This document shows, piece by piece, positions 1 to 4,941 of a stretch of 10,955 bases of DNA. The DNA lies in UHGV virus genome UHGV-2150205. One strand, given 5' to 3'. The DNA is from a virus. The position numbers and the translations under genes were made by a program. The stretch's first letter is position 1; every line of letters begins with the position of its first letter. The notes below the pieces were generated by a model. That model had not been told where the DNA came from, did not search any database, and saw nothing but the letters and a program-made list of their open reading frames with translations.

Positions 1-683
1 AGCATCGTGGCAAACTCGCTTGCCGTACCCCTGGTAGTTTTACGCCATTCCCTGAACTGTGTTCTGAATGCCGAAGCCGCGTTTTTCTTCCCGGCTTTCC
101 GCATGCCTGCACACCAGAATATTTCCTCGAATGCCTTGTCGGTTTCTTCGTGACGGTCAGGTGATTTTTCACACTCCGTCCGAACACTTTCGGACATAGT
201 GTTTTTATTATTTCTTTTTTCTTTTGTAATAGTTTCTTTTGTGTGTCCCTGTTTTGGTGACAGCGCTGTCACCGTTTTGGTGACACTTTTTGTCACCAAT
301 GCAGTGACATTATCACCAGAGTAGTGACACCCTTCGATTTGCCATTCCTCGATGTTCTTGTTAGGCCCGATTTGCTGGCCTTCGCGAAGGATAACCTTCA
401 TCGCGATAAGCTCATTCTTGGCCTTGTTTACCTTCTGTCTTGGCAGCCTGGTAATTTGAGCTAACTGACTATCAGAGATGCGATCCATCTTTTTACCGTA
501 GCCGTATGTTTTACGGCATATGGCGTGGGCAACCTTGCTCTGATTTTTCGTTAAATCTGCGCCGATAAGCTCTTCATACAGGGCATTTGCAAGACGGGTA
601 TAACCATCTTCAACTTCTGCCACACGACGCTCCACAGGCCGTTGTGAAGGCCTTAAATGTGTTACGGTTGCAAGATTACTCAT
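1..683 (-). CDS. O: Lambda O-like replication initiator, partial (C-terminus lies beyond the window start). Hand translation from the ATG at 683 gives [81 protein letters not shown]... with no stop down to position 1.
   Basis: Open minus-strand frame of about 227 codons reaching the window edge. The N-terminal domain resembles lambda O as I recall it (DDGYxRLxN, GADLTKxQxKV, RKTYGxxKxMDRIxDSQLxxITxLP, GPNKNIxEW). Iterons lie inside the gene, as in lambda. The ORF track omits it, presumably because it is edge-truncated. Confidence 0.85.
   Translation of the reverse strand, partial: MSNLATVTHLRPSQRPVERRVAEVEDGYTRLANALYEELIGADLTKNQSKVAHAICRKTYGYGKKMDRISDSQLAQITRLPRQKVNKAKNELIAMKVILREGQQIGPNKNIEEWQIEGCHYSGDNVTALVTKSVTKTVTALSPKQGHTKETITKEKRNNKNTMSESVRTECEKSPDRHEETDKAFEEIFWCAGMRKAGKKNAASAFRTQFREWRKTTRGTASEFATM
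203..335. repeat. Origin of replication: iteron array with adjacent AT-rich tract, inside the O gene. Palindromic GGTGACA...TGTCACC iterons at about 256-273, 279-297 and 303-318, a half-site near 323-329, and an AT-rich tract at about 203-245.
   Basis: Directly visible: ggtgacagcgctgtcacc is a perfect 18-bp palindrome, ggtgacactttttgtcacc is a near-palindrome, and gtgacattatcac follows, at roughly 23-bp spacing. The T/A-rich run lies on the downstream side in O-sense, matching lambda ori architecture. Confidence 0.7.
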
Positions 684-822
684 GACCTTTCTCCTTCTGC
701 ATCAGCTTCACTTTTTCCAACTCAGCCCGGAATCGACCAGGCTGCTTGAAGCTGGACAGGAAGCGATCACGTAGTATGTGTTTGTGAATTTTGTCCTGGT
801 AAGGACTGAGTTGTTTTGTCAT
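676..822 (-). CDS. Small basic hypothetical protein, 48 aa ([48 protein letters not shown]), between cII and O. Its 3' end overlaps the O start by 8 nt.
   Basis: AGGAG sits 5 nt upstream of the ATG at 822 (minus sense), the frame is open, and the overlap with O suggests translational coupling. It is below the 60-aa cutoff of the ORF track. No homolog recognised. Confidence 0.5.
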   Translation of the reverse strand: MTKQLSPYQDKIHKHILRDRFLSSFKQPGRFRAELEKVKLMQKEKGHE

Positions 823-898
823 AATGACTCCTGTGGATTGATCCAGTCTTTCTACATCAGGCCTCGAAGAATTCGCCGTTCTTCGGGGCTTTTTCTTT
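817..898 (+). ncRNA. oop: oop-like short antisense RNA, predicted. An extended -10 (TGtCATAAT, 817-825) would start a transcript near 832 that ends at the intrinsic terminator at 861-898, antisense to the 3' end of cII.
   Basis: The plus strand carries an 11-bp stem (861-871 pairing with 879-889, loop ttcgccg) followed by tttttctttt, opposite the last codons of cII. This is the arrangement of lambda oop and its terminator. The promoter assignment is by eye only. Confidence 0.45.
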
Positions 899-1144
899 TG
901 TCAGCATTCTGGCTACTTGCTTAGCCAGTTCCGCCAACTCCTCGTCTTCAACACCCCATTCCAGCACAGCCAGAAGCATGGCCATCTTTGGGATAAAGCT
1001 GTCTTTCCATCGCGAAATTTGCGATTCATTAATCCCTAACGCGTCGGCAACCTTTCGCTGACCACGTACAGCAATTCGATTCAGGATGTTAAGCAACGCA
1101 CTCTCGATTCGTAGAGCCTCGTTGCGTTTGTTTGCACGAACCAT
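857..1144 (-). CDS. cII: CII transcriptional activator, 95 aa ([95 protein letters not shown]).
   Basis: Strong similarity to lambda CII as recalled ([19 protein letters not shown]..., [17 protein letters not shown]). The start was moved to the internal ATG at 1144, which has an AAGGA RBS and matches the lambda cII start context; the track ORF begins 29 codons upstream in frame. Confidence 0.9.
   Translation of the reverse strand: MVRANKRNEALRIESALLNILNRIAVRGQRKVADALGINESQISRWKDSFIPKMAMLLAVLEWGVEDEELAELAKQVARMLTKEKAPKNGEFFEA
861..898 (+). terminator. Rho-independent terminator on the plus strand, overlapping the cII 3' end in antisense (tO-like).
   Basis: gcctcgaagaa / ttcttcggggc stem with a 7-nt loop, then a T-tract at 890-898. 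Confidence 0.65.
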
Positions 1145-1162
1145 ATGTAAGTATTTCCTTAA
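1122..1162 (+). promoter_or_regulatory. pRE-like CII-activated promoter: TTGC-N6-TTGC (1122-1125 and 1132-1135) embedded in the 5' end of cII on the opposite strand, directed toward cI.
   Basis: The plus strand reads cgTTGCgtttgtTTGCacgaaccatatgtaagtatttcc, which matches the lambda pRE/CII-binding region as I remember it. Confidence 0.6.
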
Positions 1163-1175
1163 CAAATAAGAAGTT

Positions 1176-1196
1176 ATGCGCATCAACTTATGCGCG
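1176..1196 (-). terminator. tR1-like hairpin between nutR and cII (GCGCAT-loop-ATGCGC in cro-sense); probably a weak or Rho-dependent pause or termination site.
   Basis: A 6-bp self-complementary stem is visible, but there is no strong U-tract. The call rests on position by analogy to lambda tR1. Confidence 0.3.
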
Positions 1197-1202
1197 TTGT
1201 AT

Positions 1203-1245
1203 TCCCGCATTTCGGCGGGAATGAGGACCATGACTGTTAAAGAGC
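1203..1245 (-). promoter_or_regulatory. nutR: boxA (GCTCTTTAACA, plus-strand coordinates 1235-1245) and boxB hairpin (TCCCGC-CGAAAT-GCGGGA, 1203-1220), just downstream of the cro stop.
   Basis: boxA matches the rrn-type consensus. boxB is a 6-bp stem with a GAAA-containing loop. The identical boxA and boxB recur on the plus strand upstream of N (nutL). Confidence 0.7.
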
Positions 1246-1252
1246 GGTGTTA

Positions 1253-1447
1253 CTATTTGTTTTTCTTGTTGCTTGGGAAAGGACGAACTTCCTCTCCAAT
1301 CACACTGCCATCAGGCTTTACCGTAACCATAATGTTACGGCCTGCCAGAATGGCCTTGCTGATAGCGCACTGGATTACACCAAAGTCACTGGCTGCTTTA
1401 GCCTGTCCATGGATTTTGGCGTAATCGGCAAGTGTCATTCGAATCAT
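1253..1447 (-). CDS. cro: Cro repressor, 64 aa from the ATG at 1447 ([64 protein letters not shown]).
   Basis: Similar to lambda Cro as recalled (ITLKDYA, SAINKAI, ADGSV, EEVKPFPSNKK). GGAG lies 7 nt upstream of the ATG at 1447; the track ORF starts two codons earlier at a GTG. Confidence 0.85.
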   Translation of the reverse strand: MIRMTLADYAKIHGQAKAASDFGVIQCAISKAILAGRNIMVTVKPDGSVIGEEVRPFPSNKKNK

Positions 1448-1478
1448 ATGCACTCTCCGTTATTAACCATGAACAAAG

Positions 1479-1547
1479 AATACTACAGGTATTCAAAGCA
1501 ATCAATACTCAGGGTATTTTTAGTTTAAGTACCTTAGCTATTAGAAT
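1479..1547. promoter_or_regulatory. OR operator region with divergent pR and pRM. Three AATAC-N5-GTATT-type sites at 1479-1493, 1504-1518 and a weaker one at 1529-1543, about 25 bp apart. pR (minus strand) has -35 TTGATT and -10 TATTCT; pRM has a putative -10 TAGAAT at 1542-1547, which would give a near-leaderless cI mRNA.
   Basis: Repeated palindromic half-sites ATAC/GTAT are visible, and the same family recurs at OL. Promoter hexamers were assigned by eye. Confidence 0.6.
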
Positions 1548-1553
1548 TAAGCT

Positions 1554-2270
1554 ATGGAAAATAAAAAATCACTGACGACAGAACAGCTCGAAGACGCTAA
1601 GCGGCTTAAGGCTTTGTATGAGTCAAAAAAGAAAGAATTGGGAATAACCCAATACTCAATCGCTGATGAACTGGGTATCACCCAAGGAGCGGTAGGGCAT
1701 TATCTTAATGGCAGAAACGCGCTAAACGTTGAGGTCGCATCTGGTTTTGCACGATTGTTGCAAGTCTCAATTGCTGATTTTAGCCAGTCAATTGCTGCCA
1801 AGGTTGCAGAACAGGCAGAAAGCCTTAAGAGCGATGCCAACGTAAGGTATGCAGGGGAATACAGAGCAGGAAAGAGGTATCCGGTGTTAAGCAGTATCCA
1901 GGCTGGCTCGTGGTGTGAAGCATGCGAACCATACACCATTAAAGACATAGATGTTTGGCTTGAGTCTGACGCGCATATTCAAGGTAATGCGTTCTGGCTT
2001 AAAGTAGAAGGTGATTCAATGACGGCACCGGTTGGGTTAAGCATTCCAGAGGGAACATTCGTTCTTTTCGATACCGGAAGGGAGGCGATCAACGGCAGCT
2101 TGGTCATAGCAAAACTTTCTGACTCTAACGAAGCAACATTCAAGAAGCTGATAATCGACGGCGGAAATAAATACCTCAAGGGACTTAATCCTGCATGGCC
2201 TCTCGTGCCAATCAATGGAAACTGCAAGATTATAGGCGTTGCAATTGAGACAAAACTAAGGCTGGTTTGA
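1554..2270 (+). CDS. cI: CI-type prophage repressor, 238 aa, with an N-terminal HTH and a C-terminal S24 (LexA-like) autopeptidase domain.
   Basis: Close to lambda CI at both ends as recalled (KKxLTxEQLEDAxRLKAxYExKKxELG, NALN, FWLxVEGxSMTAP, TFKKLI). A candidate Ala-Gly cleavage site (RYAGEY) and the catalytic Ser (GDSM) and Lys (FKKL) are present. Confidence 0.95.
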   Translation: MENKKSLTTEQLEDAKRLKALYESKKKELGITQYSIADELGITQGAVGHYLNGRNALNVEVASGFARLLQVSIADFSQSIAAKVAEQAESLKSDANVRYAGEYRAGKRYPVLSSIQAGSWCEACEPYTIKDIDVWLESDAHIQGNAFWLKVEGDSMTAPVGLSIPEGTFVLFDTGREAINGSLVIAKLSDSNEATFKKLIIDGGNKYLKGLNPAWPLVPINGNCKIIGVAIETKLRLV

Positions 2271-2287
2271 TCACGCAAGGGGCGCTT

Positions 2288-2656
2288 ATGGTTGGAACCG
2301 CTATAGCAAGCTTTTTTGGGATGTTGGCAATCTCGACAATTTACGGCTTAGCGCATGCTGTTATTGCGAAATCTCTATCAGAAAAAATAAGCCAGGCTTG
2401 GGCGCATAGATCAGCTCGTTTCATGATTCTGGTGATCATAGCAATACAAGGGATATCTGCATTTATCCTCTATGGATCAAGCTTATACCTATTGTATCAA
2501 GGCGCGACATTTACGCCTTACACCAGTGATTACGGAACTCTATACGATGGTAGTGAAGACATCACTGTGGCTTGGATCGTCTTTGGTTTATCTATGGCCG
2601 TGTCTGTTGTAGCAGACATCATTAAGGTAATTCTCGTCTTAACCTTCGCTGACTAA
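2288..2656 (+). CDS. Small integral membrane protein, 122 aa with about three predicted transmembrane helices, immediately downstream of cI and probably co-transcribed with it (rex position). Function unknown.
   Basis: AAGGGG RBS 5 nt before the ATG at 2288; the track ORF starts at an upstream TTG at 2267. Hydrophobic segments are VGTAIASFFGMLAISTIYGLAHAVIA, FMILVIIAIQGISAFILYGSSLYLLY and ITVAWIVFGLSMAVSVVADIIKVILVLTF. Only 18 nt separate the cI stop from this start. Confidence 0.7.
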   Translation: MVGTAIASFFGMLAISTIYGLAHAVIAKSLSEKISQAWAHRSARFMILVIIAIQGISAFILYGSSLYLLYQGATFTPYTSDYGTLYDGSEDITVAWIVFGLSMAVSVVADIIKVILVLTFAD

Positions 2657-2787
2657 CCTATAATCCCGGCAGCAATAGCTATCGGGATCCACTTCACATA
2701 TCCCGCATAAAAAGCACTGAACAAGCAGACACCGAAAAAATAAATATCCTTTGTATTCATTTGCTTATCATTATTTCATCAAAAACA

Positions 2788-2829
2788 AATACCTTGGGTA
2801 TTTACACAATAAAATACCTACAGTATTCT
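2788..2829 (+). promoter_or_regulatory. OL operators and pL. Sites AATACCTTGGGTATT (2788-2802) and AATACCTACAGTATT (2813-2827), with -35 TTTACA (2801-2806) and -10 TATTCT (2824-2829) directed toward N.
   Basis: Same operator family as OR at the same 25-bp spacing. The -10 overlaps an operator, as expected for repressor control. Confidence 0.6.
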
Positions 2830-2874
2830 TTAGCCATCAGCAGGACGCTGGCAGCCAAACGGAACAGATTGGCA

Positions 2875-2916
2875 GGCTCTTTAACATTGATGGGATTGTC
2901 CCGCCGAAATGCGGGA
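2875..2916 (+). promoter_or_regulatory. nutL: boxA GGCTCTTTAACA (2875-2886) and boxB hairpin TCCCGC-CGAAAT-GCGGGA (2899-2916).
   Basis: boxA and boxB are identical in sequence to the nutR copy on the minus strand and lie downstream of pL and upstream of N. Confidence 0.7.
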
Positions 2917-3087
2917 ACCAAAGAGTAGTTGGCTTTGGGGTGTGGTGAAGGGTTCATGGACGGGAATATGTCGCACGTAAAGCGGCGAGGCCTGCGGGAC
3001 TATTCCCGAATTGAAGTCGGACGAAGCGGGTCGAAATGGGTCTCCCACCTACCACACCACCAAAGCTAATCATCTGAGGAACAGAAA

Positions 3088-3207
3088 ATGTTAGACATCA
3101 TGACCAACCCAATTCTCGGTGGTTTAGTTACCACATTCGCCATCTGCTTCGGTTTCACTATCTGGTCTGAAGTAGATGACTGGATGTGGGAACGCAAAAA
3201 CAAATAA
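3088..3207 (+). CDS. Leader micro-ORF, 39 aa (MLDIMTNPILGGLVTTFAICFGFTIWSEVDDWMWERKNK), a predicted single-pass hydrophobic peptide between nutL and N.
   Basis: GAGGA RBS 7-8 nt before the ATG at 3088. The hydrophobic core is ILGGLVTTFAICFGFTIW. It is below the track cutoff and coding status is unproven. Confidence 0.4.
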   Translation: MLDIMTNPILGGLVTTFAICFGFTIWSEVDDWMWERKNK

Positions 3208-3247
3208 TCATCGACACACAAGGATGTGTACCTTCCCGGAGGTCAAC

Positions 3248-3547
3248 ATGACAGTAGTCATTACATATCTGGCTGACGATAACGCCAGAAATCGCCGCAG
3301 AGCACGCAGACAGGCTCAACGTGAACAGGCAATGCAAGAGCAGCGACTGGCGCGAAAAATTGCGCTAAAGCTCTCTGGTTGCGTCAGAGCAGATAAAGCA
3401 GCATCACTCGGAAGCCTTCGCTGCAAGAAGGCAGAAGAAGTTGAGCGTAAACAGAATCGTATTTACTACCGCAAGCCACGCAGTGAAATGGGTGTGACTT
3501 GTGTTGGTCGCCAGAAAATGAAATTAGGCAGCAAACCACTTATTTGA
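3248..3547 (+). CDS. N: N-type transcription antiterminator, 99 aa, with an arginine-rich motif near the N-terminus (NARNRRRARRQAQ) and a lambda N-like C-terminus (YRKPRSEMGVTCVGRQKMKLGSKPLI).
   Basis: GGAGG RBS 6 nt before the ATG at 3248. The N-terminal MTVVITY resembles P22 gp24 and the C-terminus resembles lambda N (SKPGERGITCSGRQKIKGKSIPLI), both from memory. The track ORF (3176 start) extends upstream into the micro-ORF. Confidence 0.85.
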   Translation: MTVVITYLADDNARNRRRARRQAQREQAMQEQRLARKIALKLSGCVRADKAASLGSLRCKKAEEVERKQNRIYYRKPRSEMGVTCVGRQKMKLGSKPLI

Positions 3548-3555
3548 GGTGAGAT

Positions 3556-3807
3556 ATGGAATTTCATGAAAGTGCGATTTGTGATTTTCGCGCTAACGCA
3601 AATTCAGTAAAACCACAGCCAATTGCAGTTCTTTTTAAAACAATGGGTGCGTGGGCTGTTTTATGCTTCGCCTCTGATGACACTGACGCAAGAATGGCAA
3701 TAGGCCAAGAGATGGAGATGGACCCGACAAACGATGAATTCATAATTTATGGCGCTCCATCTAATTACTTACTTGATACCTGCAACATTTACAACAAGGC
3801 TGCCTGA
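3556..3807 (+). CDS. Hypothetical protein, 83 aa, first gene after N.
   Basis: GAGGTGAG RBS before the ATG at 3556; the frame is open and tightly packed after N. No family recognised. Confidence 0.6.
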   Translation: MEFHESAICDFRANANSVKPQPIAVLFKTMGAWAVLCFASDDTDARMAIGQEMEMDPTNDEFIIYGAPSNYLLDTCNIYNKAA

Positions 3808-3846
3808 TGGTGGCCTTTATTTTTGGCGTAAACAACAGAGGCTAAC

Positions 3847-4143
3847 ATGGAATTTAAAGGTACTGAAGGTAAGTGGGAAATAATGATGGATGGCGATGAG
3901 ATTAAAATCATCCAGGCAGACTCACTTGAAAATGGCGCAGGATGGCGTTCGTATATTGCAATCTGTGAGGAAGTTCAATGCATTGAAGATGCCAATCTAA
4001 TAGCGGCAGCACCTGACCTTCTCGAAGCACTTCAGTTATTACTTAAGCAAACCAAAAATAGAACAACGACAACATATCCAGAATGGTATGGAGCTGTTAA
4101 TAAAGGTCTCGCAGCAATAAGAAAAGCTCTTGGGGATAAGTAA
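3847..4143 (+). CDS. Hypothetical protein, 98 aa, containing the motif NLIAAAPDLLEALQ.
   Basis: AGAGG RBS before the ATG at 3847. I recall the LIAAAPDLLEAL motif recurring in enterobacterial prophage early proteins, but I cannot assign a function. Confidence 0.6.
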   Translation: MEFKGTEGKWEIMMDGDEIKIIQADSLENGAGWRSYIAICEEVQCIEDANLIAAAPDLLEALQLLLKQTKNRTTTTYPEWYGAVNKGLAAIRKALGDK

Positions 4144-4331
4144 TGAAAGTAAAAATAACTGCTTCTAATACCAGTTTTGTTAGTGTTGGTGATATTACAG
4201 AAGTAATAACAAACCATGATGGAACACAAGTTATGTGGTCTGATTTTTGTAAAAGATATGAGCGAGTCACTTGGTGTAAACTCGTATGGGGCGTCGAATA
4301 CGAAGAATTACCTGAAATGCATGACGAATAA
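4143..4331 (+). CDS. Hypothetical protein, 62 aa; its start overlaps the upstream stop (TAATG).
   Basis: Stop/start overlap with the preceding gene and AT-rich composition. No family recognised. Confidence 0.55.
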   Translation: MKVKITASNTSFVSVGDITEVITNHDGTQVMWSDFCKRYERVTWCKLVWGVEYEELPEMHDE

Positions 4332-4426
4332 GCACTGTGTATTCATTCCAACGAGTGAATACACGGAGCAATGTCGCTCGTAACTAAACAGGAGCCGACT
4401 TGTTCTGATTATTGGAAATCTTCTTT

Positions 4427-4450
4427 GCCCTCCAGTGTGAGGGCCTTTTT
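4427..4450 (+). terminator. Rho-independent terminator (GCCCTC-cagtgt-GAGGGC followed by CTTTTTAT), tL-like and presumably read through under N antitermination.
   Basis: Perfect 6-bp GC-rich stem followed by a T-tract. Confidence 0.65.
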
Positions 4451-4516
4451 ATATGCATACCAATAACGCTTCACTCGAGGCGTTTTCGTTATGCAATCAA
4501 ACAGAAGGAGCATCCT

Positions 4517-4687
4517 ATGCAACAGTTCGCTATTGCAGGGGCGGCATCGGTTCGCCCTTTCAACCCGATTTTATCGGTACAGCATTCACGAAAAAATATT
4601 TTAACCGGAGCAGACTTTAAACAACCAAGAATGAAAAGTTTGCTCGAAAAGCTTTGGGATATTTTGAAACAACAAGGCCGTCCATGA
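4517..4687 (+). CDS. cIII: CIII-like small protein, 56 aa (MQQFAIAGAASVRPFNPILSVQHSRKNILTGADFKQPRMKSLLEKLWDILKQQGRP); a possible FtsH (HflB) inhibitor.
   Basis: AAGGAG RBS 6 nt before the ATG at 4517. It resembles lambda CIII as recalled (N-terminal MQYAIAG and C-terminal SLLExxxxxLxDILxQxG). The track ORF (4412 start) is longer; the internal start was chosen on the RBS. Confidence 0.45.
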   Translation: MQQFAIAGAASVRPFNPILSVQHSRKNILTGADFKQPRMKSLLEKLWDILKQQGRP

Positions 4688-4794
4688 GTTTTACAGATAA
4701 CTGGTCAGACGAAGAATTCATTCGTCATATGAAAGAATTAATCGGTAACGAAGGAGATATTCATGTCACTTGCAACCACAGTGAAGGAGAGTAA
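4684..4794 (+). CDS. Small ORF, 36 aa (MSFTDNWSDEEFIRHMKELIGNEGDIHVTCNHSEGE), with an ATGA overlap on the cIII-like gene. It is in the position of kil, but no similarity is claimed.
   Basis: ATGA start/stop overlap and AAGG 5 nt upstream. Below the track cutoff. Confidence 0.3.
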   Translation: MSFTDNWSDEEFIRHMKELIGNEGDIHVTCNHSEGE

Positions 4795-4941
4795 GTTACA
4801 GAGACGCATGTACACGCAGAAAGCTCTCTGGTATCGCCATAATGGCGACCGCGAAGGAATGCGGGTATGCCTTAATTTGTCCCGAGTCGAAGTATTAAAT
4901 CAGCGTTATTTCCTTGGGCCGTGTCCATTCTGAGGTGAATT

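Noticed and set aside
1176-1528. Plus-strand ORFs of 82 and 93 aa overlapping cro, nutR and OR.
   Set aside because: They are antisense to the well-supported cro gene and regulatory sites and have no RBS. They are likely chance ORFs, although the pRE transcript does run through here as antisense RNA.
1700-2278. Minus-strand ORFs of 82 and 99 aa inside cI.
   Set aside because: They are antisense to a highly conserved repressor gene and are typical shadow ORFs.
2657-2700. Possible terminator hairpin (atcccg...cgggat) after the membrane-protein gene.
   Set aside because: The loop is long (about 14 nt) and no T-tract follows, so it is not convincing as an intrinsic terminator.
2751-2948. Plus-strand 65-aa ORF in the cI-N intergenic region.
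   Set aside because: It spans the OL operators, pL and the nutL boxA/boxB, has no RBS and has low-complexity content. The region is better explained as regulatory DNA and leader RNA.
2931-3067. Possibility that the structured GC-rich leader element is a retron msr/msd or other reverse-transcribed ncRNA.
   Set aside because: No reverse transcriptase gene is nearby, and the flanking context (nutL upstream, N downstream) fits an N-leader processing structure.
3176-3247. Upstream in-frame extension of N starting at 3176 (123-aa model).
   Set aside because: There is no RBS at 3176 and the ATG at 3224 sits directly against an AAGG. The ATG at 3248 has a GGAGG at ideal spacing and gives a P22-like MTVVITY N-terminus. 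The extension overlaps the leader micro-ORF.
4412-4516. Upstream extension of the cIII-like ORF (91-aa model starting at 4412).
   Set aside because: The 4412 start lies just upstream of the intrinsic terminator at 4427-4450, so the extension would run through it, and it lacks an RBS. The internal ATG at 4517 has an AAGGAG RBS and gives a CIII-like N-terminus.
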